A DNA stretch of 58,612 bases, filler included, from Sphacelaria rigidula (GCA_964200075.2; 9 parts of 9 records of this genome joined end to end with filler, not necessarily neighbours in it); one strand, 5' to 3'. Shown: positions 11,651-24,829, counted from the first letter of the whole stretch. The notes: generated by a model not told the origin, from the letters alone. A program made the numbers and translations.

Positions 11651-13048
11651 CTCTCCGCCAACATGACGTCCTTAGCACGCAGACGAAAAATTAACAACAT
11701 CGAATACGAAGGGTGTCCGGGAGTCAAGGCCCCTGCATATTGGGACAAAATCTGAGGGTGAGGGGGCGCTGGGGAATGGGGGTAAATACTCAGGCGTCGG
11801 ATGATTCAGAACCCCGGGCGAATACAACAACAAATCTACATCAATGGAGGAACGAGGGTAAGAAAAAAACAAAGCAGGTAGACTTTCCACACTACGAGGG
11901 CTAACCGAGAAAAAGGGACCTCGCCGCTGAGCAGGGCAAGAACGCAAAAGGTTCGATTCTGTGTGTGAACACAATCGATCTTTTGTGCAGAAGCGGATAG
12001 AATTTTCCCAGATCTGGATCGCGGTTGAAGATCTTGAAGCCGTTTCGGAACAGATGTGATGTGACCGTGTGGGTGATTCAGTCGGGAGTCTCCATGTGTA
12101 TGGGAAACAGCCAAGATACAAGGGCAAGTGCAAGCACGACTAAGCGACAGCAGTGGGGTGTGGAGTAAGCTCGAGGTGTGAGTTACGGGATACGGGCGTC
12201 GCGACTATGTATCAGCGAGTAACGGCATCTCGAATCGCTGCCGTAGCTCGTGCGTCCCGAGTGTTTCCTGAAGGTTTTCATGCAAATTTCGAAAGCAACT
12301 GCTACAAAAAATGTCAGATGTGACGAAAGCCTGTCGCACTCACATCTAGTACAGCCGCAGAGCCCGACACACCGCGTTCCATGGCCCGGCCGTGTTGACT
12401 GGAGCTGCGATTCATTTCGTCCTCGTGGATCAGCTTGGCTGTTTGGTGTTCGCGGGGGGAGGTATAGCAACACGGCATGCGGTTTGCGACGCAGGGGAAT
12501 GCGTTGCGGGTTTGTTGACAACGCAGAACACACACACCACACATACACACACACCACTTGGGTACACCTAGAAACACCCGACACCTCCAAACATAGAGAT
12601 GTAGCAGCAGTAGTACAGTAAATCTGGGTACGTGGAGTGACAGAATCGGCGGGGGAGGGGTAGGCGAGTACAGTAGTCGCGATCATATGTGTACAACACA
12701 CGAGTCATCGTCATTTTTTCTCTTTTCGTTTTAAAGTACAGTATTGATAAGAGTCCTTGGCGTGTGTTTTGGGGGTTTAGGATCGTTTTTCACCACTTTA
12801 TTTTTTTTGGCCTGGGTTCTTCAGCTTTGGGATATTTGACACAGTTTTCGGCTTCCGAACACGGAATATCGCCATCACATGTCTTTGGACTTTTCCAAGG
12901 GTCGGACAAACAATGATTCGTCTGAAAATTACTTGGTTTTAGTATGATNNNNNNNNNNNNNNNNNNNNNNNNNNNNNNNNNNNNNNNNNNNNTTAATTAA
13001 TTAANNNNNNNNNNNNNNNNNNNNNNNNNNNNNNNNNNNNNNNNNNNN

Positions 13049-13071
13049 CCCCCCCTATCGTAGGATGACTC
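13049..13071. mobile_element. TIR of the GAG-terminated MITE family at a contig edge (inverse copy at 25915-25935)
   Basis: ccccctatcgtaggatgactc versus gagtcatcctacgataggggg. Confidence 0.7.
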
Positions 13072-13714
13072 CATGGAGTTTGCACCATAACAGGGAATCC
13101 CATAAAATGAGTTCGTCATGAAAATGAGGTTTGAAGACTCTAGCCGTTGAATGACAAAAAGCCCTCAGGAGTACCGCACGACAGCGCTGATGTGCAATTT
13201 TGGGGAGGAATAGGAAGTGCGCCCGTGGTTGCACGTGCCGCCCATCCCTGGTTAGCTGTGGGCGACGGACCATAACAACGTTTGTTTGATTGTCTCGAGG
13301 CCCGTGTCCAGAAAAAAATCTCAGGCGTCAAGTTTCTCGTCAGTGACGTGCTGGGGGGATATTGCTGCCAACGCAATGATGTGCCGAGCGGATGATTGGG
13401 CGTCCACTGTCCTGAAGAAGGGCACATAAAAATGCATCATTAATCTCCTTCTTTGACGGCCGATGCACAACTTGAATAAATTATTGCACGACTCAACCAT
13501 GCTGCAAATACCTGTTGAGCTTTCCAATCCGGATCGAGCATAAATGATGCAGCAATGTCTCAGTCGAAAGAGAAATCGTTTGCATCCACCCCAATATCGC
13601 TTCGTATGGTCCCGTCATACACACCATCGCAACACCCCATCCATGCTACATGACGGCATCTCGACCCCGCCCTGAACTGTACATTCGCGTCCGCATCCCG
13701 ACCTGTTTGTGAAC

Positions 13715-14476
13715 CTATTGCTTTAACTCTCCAACTGCACCACTGCAATTCGAGACTCCAGCGTCATCACTATTGCTATTGCAATCACCACCATCATCAC
13801 CATCGCCATCACTTCCAGTATTACAGTCGTCATGGTCATCGTCGGGGGCTACCTCGTCTTCCAACCCCTCTCGACCCGTGTCGCGTCTGACCCTCAGCCA
13901 CCTTTGCTCAAATCCCGGCCCACGTACGACCAGATCCCCGGGAGTGACCGCGATAGGCTGCTTCGCGGTGAGCCTCCCTTTCCTCTCTCGACTCTCTCGC
14001 ACACTGGCTATTACAGCGTGCTGCGTACAATCTGCGCTGCCTATCGCAGCGGTAATGTACGAGTTTCTGGGGCCGTTGAGTGGTATTTTCGACCTTATCC
14101 CCATCACAACCTCCTCCCCGCCTGTATCACATTCCAAATGGTAGAATGGGCAGGTGTCTGAGATCTCCAAATACAGGGCTGCTTCCGACTGGCAGGCTTC
14201 CCTGCCGGGTTCTACGAGACGCCTGAGTTGTCTGTTGGATGCGACCAATACCAGGCGAATACATTGCTGATCGAGGATTTCCTGGGGTATCGAATCTACA
14301 GCCTCTCTAGGCGTGCTGTATACCCTGTACTTTCCCCACAAGGGAATTTCAGGGTATACGATCTTCTGCTGGCCGGGCTTCGTGATGAGGAACAGCTCGT
14401 TCATCTGATTGAACGTCGAACGCTGCGACCGAAATCGACAGTGGGCACGGCAGAGACGTCCGGTGGCAACGAACAT
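13715..14476 (-). CDS. Intronless 253-aa ORF with a divergent SET-domain-like region and an acidic tail
   Basis: NELFLITKPGQ...LWGKY, LYLEISDTCPFYH and RLTAKQPIAVTPGDLVVRGPGF loosely follow the order of SET motifs. D-rich C-terminus. Catalytic motifs are non-canonical. Confidence 0.45.
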   Translation of the reverse strand: MFVATGRLCRAHCRFRSQRSTFNQMNELFLITKPGQQKIVYPEIPLWGKYRVYSTPREAVDSIPQEILDQQCIRLVLVASNRQLRRLVEPGREACQSEAALYLEISDTCPFYHLECDTGGEEVVMGIRSKIPLNGPRNSYITAAIGSADCTQHAVIASVRESRERKGRLTAKQPIAVTPGDLVVRGPGFEQRWLRVRRDTGREGLEDEVAPDDDHDDCNTGSDGDGDDGGDCNSNSDDAGVSNCSGAVGELKQ

Positions 14477-15169
14477 GAGAAAGTCAGTTTGAGATACGTA
14501 GGAGGGGCGGTGGTTGGAATCAGCGCTCAGACGGTGGTCTCAAAACCACGATGTGTACTTCTTCGTGAAACCACATGTCCCCCGGGCATCGCGATGTGGA
14601 CGCGCGCATAAATGGACCCGAAAAAAACTGTTTTTTCACGAAGTGCGGTAAAGCGGGAGGGAAAAAAACTCGATACTACGCAGTAAAAAAAACTGCATCT
14701 CCAAGGGTGCACAAAAAAAAACCCCGCACACCTATGTCCCATTTTCTTATTTTGGACCTTTCGGGGGGAGGGGGTAGGGTGCAAGATCAACACCCGCCCC
14801 CCGCCCCCCCCCAAAACAAAGGCTATACAAACTCCCATATGAGCCGATGCTCTGCTAAGTCCCATACAAAATGACGCAGCATTGGGGGGGGGGGTGCCTC
14901 CCTCAATAAGAGGGGAATTAGCATTACTTTTGTCCAAGATTCCCGCCGGTGGTGGTCATGATCGAGGATTGTCTCCGACTACAACCACCGTCAGGGGAAG
15001 TCAAACCAATCACTCCTCAACAGCACGCTGGTGTTCCCGACGAGTACGAGCCGTATTTGGCACGTGTTTGACGTGTAATGGACACTACATACAGGCGGGA
15101 AAAAACGTGAACTTGGGGAGAAAAAATGAGGGGGCAAACATTTTTTCCGGCCCTCCGACGGGGTAGGGG

Positions 15170-15560
15170 GGGCGGGGGGGGGGGTGTACGATTTTTTTGT
15201 TTGCCTTAGTCGTTTGAGCCTNNNNNNNNNNGGGCGGGGGGGGGGGCGTACTCATTTGTTGCTTGCCTTAGTCGTTTGACCATTGACCACACATCTTTTT
15301 CGAGATGGAGCACCGTTCCTACTCCTGATCGAGACACCTCAACATTCTTGCGCTCATTAAGTTTCTTCAGCTACTCACTACGTTTTTTCCTTACATCACA
15401 CAAAAACCTTTTACATATCTTATCTCCGTTTTGTTTCGCCGTCTCTGACCACCATCTATCTCCTAGTATAGACATCGTCTTCTCCCTACTGTCCAATGCA
15501 TCAAACGATTGCATGTCACCTTTGTTCACGTCCCGGATTTCCTCCTCTACCACGTCCCGT
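15170..15560 (-). mobile_element. 3' end of a LINE with a poly(C) tail (family B; also 32275-32325 + and 52355-52560 -)
   Basis: Decayed ORF end EKTMSILGDRWWSETAKQNGDKICKRFLC, followed by ggtcaaacgactaaggcaagcaacaaatgagtac(C)n; that terminus recurs in three contigs. Confidence 0.7.
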
Positions 15561-15721
15561 TCCGTCCCGTTCGGGTAGGGGGGAGGGGTTCATAGGTGTG
15601 CGTTTTTTGTTTTCTCGTGCACCCCCGACATCCATTCAAATCATGAGACACTCGCGTACATATCAGGACGCAAATGGCGGTAAAAGGCGAGGGAAAAGAG
15701 GAGTACGGGGTTACAGTGCCT

Positions 15722-16303
15722 TTATCGCCCCTCATGCAGCGCTGTTCTCTCCTCCAGCTTGAAGCCGAAAGTCTGTGAAGCACCCGTCATGATATTTTCA
15801 ATCGTTTCTCCCGGACCCCGAACCAGCAATCCTCCCGGCGTGGTGTCTGTGGGCAGCGCGGATGGGAGCAGCGTCGGCCCCACGTACACCTCGCCGCTGA
15901 TATCATACTGTCGGCAAACGTGACGCATGAACACACGGGAGGTCGGGGTCATTGGTGTGAGCTTCATCTGGCACATCAGATATAAGTCGCGAGTAACCAA
16001 ATCCGATCCGGTGCCTGTGCATCGGCCAAAGACGCGGACTAAGAATCGCGATACCTCGAGCAAGTTTTCGGTTTTCCGGGGGCTTGCCTTGAACATCCTC
16101 GACATGAAAGCCTTTCGAAAGGCCATCTCCAGACGGCCCCCAACCTCGGTCGCGAGACCGCGGTTGTGGAGGAAGAGCTCCGTGGGACGACCAAGCTCGA
16201 GAGCGACTTCCAGTAGCTGCATGCTCTCCACCCCGATCCCCATCACGGTATCTCCTGCCAGGGTGAACCCGTCCGATGACAGTACGATGATCCCGACGTC
16301 ATG
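15722..16303 (-). pseudogene. Intronless ORF with a Skp1/BTB-like N-terminus; the nearest upstream ATG (16302) is out of frame
   Basis: The frame is open upstream of the listed ORF and reads GIIVLSSDGFTLAGDTVMGIGVESMQLLEVALE, resembling the Skp1/BTB 'L.SSDG..F' start. Confidence 0.4.
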
Positions 16304-17349
16304 AAAGATTCACCACAACCAATCACTGTGGGAAGCATTCGGAATTTGATTATTCCCGCTCGAAGCTTGGCTGAGACTTGTCCCAACATGTATTACCACG
16401 TGCATGCATGCCTCGGATCTCTCCGGTATTTCGGCCCCCCCTCCGTTTGACAAAAACACAACATCCAGAAGTGACACAACGCCTACAATGACGTCGAATC
16501 ATCTCATGTCTTTCACGGCGCGGCATGTTCCGGCGCCACCCGCCCACCGGAAGTGAAATTTCCATTAGGATCGTCGAAAGTGCATATTGTCTCACATGGG
16601 AAGGAGGATACGGGGTCAGAAAATATCTAATCACCTGTTGATGAATGTAGTCAGTACCCACGGCGGGAAGAAATTTACAGGTCCCCCAACAGGCCCGCCC
16701 TGCTTTACGCTAGCTTGTCTTCCGCCCCCCCGCCTATCTTTTGCCAGCATTCCGGCACTTCGCCGTTGCTCTTCGTGCCGTAGGGATCGGCGAAGGTCAC
16801 CCTCGGGTTCACCGTGAATGTTTTGTTCTCCTCGCTCGGTTGCTTGTGTGTCACCATAATGCCCTCCATGTGAGGGTAAAAATGATACTTCTCGTGCTTA
16901 TTTCGGGAGCCTCCGTGGCGGCTGGAGTACTCTACTAGCACGTACGTAGTCGTCTTCAACCACCATAGAAGGGTCGGCTTCGATCGAGCCTGCGTACGGG
17001 TGCGCGTCGCGGTGGATCGCAGCGACGGTGGATGTTCAGGGGGTGCGAGGGGAGTATCAACATCACCACAGGACGCGGTATCAGAGCAATGAATGATGTA
17101 GGAAAGCGCCGATGCAATGTGACGGACTAAACGAAGCACGCAATTTACCCTATCCGCGCTAGTGTGGCGAATACCGACTCAGACGTGTCTACCCCGTTTT
17201 CAGCAACATGTATGCCGTGGTTTTACCCGCCACGAACCGTTGTTGTTGTTGTTGCTGCTGCTGCTTTCACATTAAAAACCGTTCCGATATCTGCGCGGTA
17301 CATTCGTACTGGGCATCTGATGCGGACGCCTCCCGTGGTCACAGGCTAG

Positions 17350-19440
17350 CAAAAAAAGTAAAAAACAAAATAGACCCGAATTAAAACTCACAAAACGCCA
17401 TACAAGCAAAACCGGAATAAATAGTAAAGAAGAAAGGGAGCACATATGGCTAACCTCAAAAGATCCGGTGCCGCAGGTGGCCATTCGGACTTCAGGGGGT
17501 GGCACTCGGTTTTCCAACTCGACGCGCCACAAGTAAAAATGAAAACAGGGTCCGACCACGGGCAAGACTCAAGGCCCCAAATACCGCCACCCAAAGAACT
17601 AAAGAACTAAGAATCGCAAGGTTCCATCTTTCGGGCTCTCGAGGGGCAGCCGTACGTACAAGCATACCAGGTGTATCAAGACAAGCACTGCACGACATAA
17701 CGACACCCCTCATCGGGGGGGTTCATCCCCCACCCCCCACTTCTCTGGACCGTCGTCATTGCCGTGCTATTTGAGCTTCGTTGGTCTCCCGTCTAGTCGC
17801 AACAGCACCTTGATGGTTGCATGTTTCCACTCCTGCGGGACCTCTCCTCCGTCCCACAGAGTATGGTATAGAAGCTTTTGAGGACGATGGGCTCGGCGCG
17901 GCCGGCGATCCTGAGTAGCTCCACAGGTGGGGAGTCGTGTCCTGGCGCTTTCCAGTTGTGCATCCCCCGGACTGCTCGTCTGGTTTCCTCCTGTGTTGGT
18001 GCTGCCCCGAGCGGTACTGAATCTCCGGTGGTTGACGCTGCCGGTCGCTGCTTCACTTCCTCGATGATGACTGGGTTCAGCGTGGGCGATTTGGCGTTGA
18101 GCAGGGTGCGGAAAAATTTCGCCCACCGTCAAAGGATGGAAATTTTGTTCCTCAGTAGGACGCCGTTCTCGTCCTTTATGAACTGCTGCCCCACGGATTG
18201 TCTTCCACCAAGACCCACCGACCTCTTGAGGTGTTCGTACAGGCCTCTCATGTCGCGATCCTTGTAGATAACTTCTAGCCTTGCCACATACCTCTCCAGA
18301 TGCGCATAGATGCCGTCATCGATTGCTGTACGCACGTTCTTACACGCGGCGCTGAGTGCTTTCCACGATGCTGGGGTCCGGTGATACTTCATCAGTTGGC
18401 GCGCCTCCCGTCGTTTGGCGAGCGCTGCTTCCACTGTTGCTCTCGTGCCGGGGTTTTCACACCATTCCGGCATACACGGTATCCGTGCCTCTTCCGGGAG
18501 AACTGTCTGCGCTGCTTCGAGGATAGCTTCGGTAAACACCTTCGCAGCCGCCGGTGCGGTGGTGGTTGGTTGGTACTTTTGCTCGGCGAGGTTATGTAGG
18601 AACCTCTCGGTCACGTGCCACCTTGCCCTTTCGGTCTGCAGCTTCTGTCGACTGAATTGCCGGTGCTTCGACTTGGTGCGTACTTGGCGGTTGTGGGCAA
18701 TGCGGCCACCGAGGTCGACAGTGGTCACCACCACGTTGTGGTCCGAGTCCGCTTTAGTCGGGGGTGCGGGTTGGGGGTGTACGACTACGTTGCGCACTCT
18801 ACCTCGGTATGCCTGCCGGGTAAGAATGTAGTCTATGCGCTTGAAGTCGCTCGTGCGATTCCCCACAACACCGTTGTATGTGTGCGAGGTTCCGCCTTTG
18901 CACGTGCTAAAGAAGGTGTTCGTGATGGCTAGTTTGTTCTCGGTTGCGAAAGTTAGCAGAAGTCTGCCGTTATCGTTCAGCTCATGACGCCCATAGGCGC
19001 CTAGGACCCCTTCGTCCTCCAAGACCTCTCCTACTTTGTCCCCCGTCCGAGCGTTGGCATCCATCAATACATACACACATTCCTTCGACGGGATTCGCTG
19101 TACCAGATTGTGAAGCCCATTCCAGAAGGCTTGTTTTGTTTCGTCCTTGGCGACTTCAGTTGGTGCATGCGCAGCTACGAAATTGATCTCTCCGTTCTAT
19201 TCCTATATTTCAAACCGCATTGCCATGAGGCGCTCGTCAACGTACTTAGTGGCATAGGTGGCGTTATTGCAAATCGACTCTTTCACGGCTATACCCACGC
19301 CGTGTTGCCCACCTGACTCGCTCCCACAGCAGAAGACTCTGAACCCTGCTGCTGTATAGTCTGTTCGCCCCGCCCTTCGTGTCTCCTGCGGTGCTACCTG
19401 TTGGAAATATGCACAGCCTGGCTGCTTGCATTGTGTGAGT
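17350..19440 (-). mobile_element. Degenerate RTE-like LINE: APE endonuclease plus start of RT, internally deleted, with a probable 3' UTR
   Basis: QETR, VLMDANARTG, NDNGRLLL, ITNTFF, RIDYIL and SDHNVV (APE motifs); WKAPGHDS and VPQEWKHATIKVL (pre-RT motifs). Frameshifts are present. Confidence 0.92.
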
Positions 19441-22190
19441 TTTTACTCTGTAGCAAATTAGCGGGACAACTANNNNNNNNNNNNNNNNNNNNNNNNNNNN
19501 NNNNNNNNNNNNNNNNTTAATTAATTAANNNNNNNNNNNNNNNNNNNNNNNNNNNNNNNNNNNNNNNNNNNNCGATTTACGTGAAGATTTTGCCTCCCGA
19601 AACCATGCACTTTTGGGGGGGGGCTATCGTGAAAAGTGTCGATGTACAGTATACACCCATGAGCATCCCGCGTGCCGCACATCGCGATGGTGACTGAGTT
19701 AACGACGACCGTTGACGTTCGTCATACAAATCCGTCAAATGGGCAAGAAAAGTTTCAACGGTCACTCCTGTAGATTTACGAGTAAGGGGCGGTAGTGTGT
19801 GGGGTTGTTCTTACCCTTGGAGCTAGCAGCAGCATTGTTGTGTGACAAACAGTGCTGGGAGCGAGCAACTGAAGTGCAATACACAGCAGGGCTCGACATG
19901 GGGAAACACCGAATGAATCTTCCCTGAGATATTCTTGACAGATACTTTGTGACAACCGACGGCTTCTCGAGCAAAAAAGAAATAACTCGAGTGGCCGTTC
20001 GTCCACAAAATAGTACTGATGACTAACAAGTTGAAGCGCGCCATTTTTTTGTGAACTCATAGAGACCGCGCGCGCTTCGGCGATTGCGAGTGTGATGACA
20101 TGGGGTGAGGAGGAGGGGGGGGGGGGGGGGCTTCAAGCAGGCACACGGCAGGCCGGCGGGATAATCCAAGTAGGCGGTGGCGTGTAGACAGCGGTGTCAT
20201 CACTGGGCGAATCGATCATGTTTCCACTTGCGGTTCCAATAAACGGTGCGATCAAGACAGGAAGATACGAGCGATATCGACTTCTACTGCCAAGAACAAT
20301 AGGATCCAGACGCTCATCTACACAAGCACCCGCCTAACCAACAAGACACACCCTACTGTCCTCGAAATAAGACCTTCAACCCCCCTGCCCTGCTGTGCCA
20401 TCTCGGTCAGTTATATCTGCCCCTGTTCTCCTTGTTCAGCAGCATTCACCAAGTCGGCAAGGTCTCGGCTTCCGGGATACTCGACGTGACAGTCGAATTT
20501 GACACGCGGGCTCCACTACTTGAGAAATAAACAAGGGGAACGGTTCAAAGCGATACAACGAAGCAGCAGCACCAGCTTGAGCGCGCGTTGCCGCCAAAAG
20601 CTCCTCTCTATGGATGTGGCCTTCAATTCCACATGCCTTGGTCTCCACCGTGCGGGCATGGCAAGCTAAGCAACGCCCGAGATAATACTACAGCGTGGTG
20701 CCAGCATCCTCTCGTATCTACCCTGAGCCATGTTCGTATCCCACGCAAAGACGTCTGCTGTTGTATATAATACTACGTACCTGTAGGCAGTATGCGTTGG
20801 CACGACTCCTGTCTCTGGCTTTTAGGTAACCTCGACGCCAGCTGCCCCCTCCTCTGCTCTGTTACGGCCTTCCTAAACCGGTGTACCTCTGGCTTTATTG
20901 CACGATCAGTTTCTCGGCCACAGCAGTAGCACTGCTCGGTGTGAATCCTGAAAGAAAACGAAAAATGCTCGAAGGAAAGTTGAAAGCTGATGTGGAAGTG
21001 ACAGGGGGTGGCTGGCGAGTGGGTTCCGTTGATCACCCTCTCTCCAGGTCTTCCCTCTTCCTAGGGTTGCTGAATTTTCAGGCGGGGTTATTTTCACATT
21101 TATTTGTCATCATCCTTTACCCGAGTTACAAAAAATGGTCTTGAACCTTGGACCAACACTGACCATCGTCGTCTCTTCTCGGCTAAGTAATACAAGCTCA
21201 CCACTCACACTTCGAAGTAAATATATGTTTCACCACCAATGCACGACGGAATGTATGTACTATCATGGTTGTGTTTCCAGCAAAAGCAGCTGCAGCAGCC
21301 TAGCCAGCAACAGACATGCCGGCCGTTCCGTGTTTTCATGAGACGACCGGTACTTTTGTATATTATCAACCATCGACAACTGTCTGTCCGCGACTAAACA
21401 GAAACGAACAGCCTGGTGACCACAAAACACAAGGATCTTGCTCTTTGGTGCGTATCACGATAAAACATTTGATTGAATCGCCGATATGTCACTGTAAAGA
21501 AACGCCGATCACCCGGAGAAATAAAGAAATCCACTACGATGCCGCCCAACAGCCTCAGTACCAACGGCGGTACAGCACAGCACAGCACCACAGGGCAGTA
21601 CGGTACAGCACGGACGGTACAGTGCTATCATACTAGTTTCAGTTTCGTAAGTGCGTCATGTCGTGCAAAGAATAGTATAGTTGGAACATGCACGGAAACC
21701 GGAAATTGTTGTTGTGACCGCAGTTGAACCGCAACGATTGAGAAAAGAAAACAGTCAGAAGAAAAATAAATTAGCCCGATCACGCGATCACATAGCGCCA
21801 TTCCAACCATGAAGAATGTGTCAAAATACAACAGTAGTTCCAACATTCTACTTTATTCTTTTTCGGGTCTAATGTACAAAAAATACTGTTATTGTAGTGT
21901 ACGAGTAGGTAATACTCGTAGCCCAGCGAGTACATACATGCGAGTATGGTACATTTACATCCTCGTACGTACGGCGTGTCGGAGGGCCGACCGTGTAGTG
22001 TTTTTTTTGTAAAAATGTATGCTGTAGTATGACACCTTCAATATTTCAGATTCAGCAGTGTACATGCGTATACACAGTACAGGTAACATTGGGTAATGCA
22101 AGAGGTTGATGACCGGTAGAAGGTATACAACACCACTTTGTGTGTGTTTCCACCACATTGCAGTGCGATCAAGTACTTACTGCGGTGAGC

Positions 22191-23640
22191 AGAGACATGA
22201 ATCTTCGTCGCGACCTGTCATCTTGGCCGAGAATACGTGATATTGCAACTGCGAGGGAAATGGACGGAAAGAAGCGGGATGATCGGAGGTGACTTCACCA
22301 CTTGGTAGGTCAAGATAGTTCTCGGGAAAATACGGTTTGTGCAGGTGCTGATGATCATAATTGTTATTTTCGCGCATGAACCTGTGATATGGAACAACAC
22401 CTCTCGCGACATCTGTTCGACACCAACTGTCACCTCCTTCGTGACAGTCCCGGGAAATTGCGCCGCTTTTCAGCAAGAGCGAGCTCACACACCCGACGCA
22501 GACACGCTCAGCCAATGACATGCACGCACCCTCAAGCACACAAACACACACAAGGACACTGCACAGCAGTCCTGCTGCCCCTGGACGTGCCAAGTTGCTG
22601 CAGTGCACCAGTTTGGAGAAGAAGACCTCACCTGATACTTACAGTAGTCTGGCCACATGTGCACCCATTCGAGTACTACTGTAGTAGTTGCGGGACACAC
22701 CTCCCGCTGCTGCAATTGCTGTGCGGGTGTTGTAGCACCGAGGGCAGAGCGACACAGTCCGACACAGCTCGAGTGTCTATGCCAAGGCTGCAGCATCACA
22801 CGACAGCGGAATTGTGGGCTTGTACCCGAGAGAGGTTGGGCATGGGTAGCAGCGATGATGTACAGTTGAGTGACTTCCATGCTGTACTGGCGGGAAATCA
22901 TACCGTTCTGGCAGGAAACTACAGCGATAACGGCAACTCCGTCTTTCGTGTAGAAGGCGGGCTTGTTGCCGAGTGAGTGGACGGGATGCCTCCGGCCCGT
23001 TTTTTTTCGGTCAACACTCAACACGCGGGCGACAGCGCTCATCCCCCGGTAGTACGCTCTGTACAATAAGATCCTGCGTCTTCTACCAGGCGATCCTATT
23101 GGTCGCAAATGGATTTGGTTGTTCTGAACCGACACTGGTCGTTCGGGGCACTCCAAGCAACACTACTGCAACGCAGAATGGGGCAAAACACCAAAGCAGA
23201 CATATCGCTTCTTACATCGGGAGGGGGGGGGGGGAGGGGGGGAGTGCGGTCGATCAGACGGTTTATCGGCGGAGGTGGTGGCAGAGGTGGTCGCGACAGG
23301 AACGAAGGTGGAGGGGGAGGCGATGGCGCAGAGCCGTGGTTATGCGCAAGGTGCAAGGTAGTGAACCAGGCATTACTCTATCCTACGAAGCGCCGTGTGT
23401 TCAACCGTCCCAGAGTACTCGAAGAAAGGCATGATCGTGGGGGTATGGCGGGGGCGGGCGCAGTGGCAGCGGGGGTAGGGGGAGTGGGCACGGGAACTGG
23501 GGCGACCGCGGTGGCCGGAGGTGAATAACTCTACGATCTTTGCGTTCGATGCTTCAGAGGCGAGGCTGAGTCTACCAGAGCACTTTACAATTATGCGCGC
23601 CCTTTGCTTGTACTACGCCATTGGCGCCACCCGCAGTTGA
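22191..23640 (+). pseudogene. Multi-exon gene fragment (candidate exons ~22191-22290, ~22834-22972, 23177 onward) with a Gly-rich linker and split CxxC...CxxC; in-frame TAA at 23526-23528
   Basis: GA|GTGAGT joins CGCAG|A in phase 2. The frame reads WLCARC...GGE*LYDLCVRCFRG and stays open after the stop. Confidence 0.5.
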
Positions 23641-24206
23641 AGGCCGCTCACCTTGTCCAGCTGAAAAAAAACATAACAAGTCGCTTTTTGGTTCGCCCAG
23701 CGAAGCCCAATACAGTCGTCCAAGAAACTGTACGTGAAAAAATCGGTTCGGAATCGCCTCGAATTCATTTATTCACCGTGCTTACGAACGTTTCGTATTT
23801 TTTGTGCTCCTCGGCACTCGATCCGTTTCGCCGAGATGGGGAGGCAGGGGGGAAGGAGATGCGGTGCAGTATGAAGTCGACGTTTTGGGGACAAAAAATC
23901 AGCTTGGTTTTACTTGGATATTCCTTTGCGATAAAAGGTTCAACATGACCGTCTAGGTTTGACCTGAACTTTTTTTTGCGAAAAATGCCGTTATTGGCGA
24001 CATATCTATGACACAAAAACTGAAACGACAACAAGAACAACAAGTGCGGGATTCATAATCTCCGCCCACAAATTCGCCTACCGTGAGTGTTTTAGTGTAT
24101 TTGCCTCGGAAATCCCTGAACCACTGGCAGGCGAGTCGCGTTTTTCGTTGCCTCTCACGCTGTAATCGCTACAATTTGGGAAATATCGATCCACGAGCAA
24201 CAAGGA

Positions 24207-24497
24207 TTTCGTGAGATTGAGAGTTGGGTGCGGATTGAGATTGAGAGTGGCTTTGATCGTTCTCTTTACCTTGGCCAACTTTCGATTCCGTGTGTGCTTT
24301 TCTTCGCCTCATCACTGACATGTGCTTACAGCTACACGTTGATATCCTAATCAGGGGTATCGAGGGCCTCAGGGGCAAACTACTACAGGAAGAATATTGG
24401 GCCTGGTGGAGGTGTATTTCGGAACTGAAACGGCTTATTCACTAATTGGCCGCTCTTCACTCTCAATCTTACCCTCAACTCTCAATTTCACGAAAAC
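24207..24497. mobile_element. MITE family C (TIR tttcgtgagattgagagt)
   Basis: Inverted ends at 24207 and ~24479-24497. The body matches 30745-31033 in reverse and the split copy at 29130-30302. Confidence 0.85.
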
Positions 24498-24829
24498 GTA
24501 GTTGAGCATGGATAAAGAGCGAGGGGTTTGTGTAACGTCTGCGACTTCAAGGAAATTGCCTGCCAGTAATTTTCTCATTGTGACCCCACCCAAGGTGTAG
24601 TAGTCAACTTTTTCGAAGGAGGCAAGGCTGACCGAGATAATTATGGAGGGATAACACTACTGATCACGGTAGGGAACACATCCCGTATGGTTCTGAACGA
24701 TAGACTAGGAACGATGCGAAAAAAGGAGGAAAAAAATGCGAGGGGAGAGTAGGTTTTAGACCAAACCGTAGTTGCGTAGACCATGAATACACACTAGGTT
24801 AGATTATTCAGGGTAGGAAAGACGCCGGG

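Noticed and set aside
15166..15281. Tandem duplication of the LINE tail
   Set aside because: The copies flank a 10-N gap in a G-run and are probably an unmerged scaffold overlap.
16705..17139. Protein kinase call from IASALSYIIH
   Set aside because: No HRD, DFG or APE motifs follow.
18300..18932. + strand ORFs over the LINE
   Set aside because: Antisense shadows of the APE ORF.
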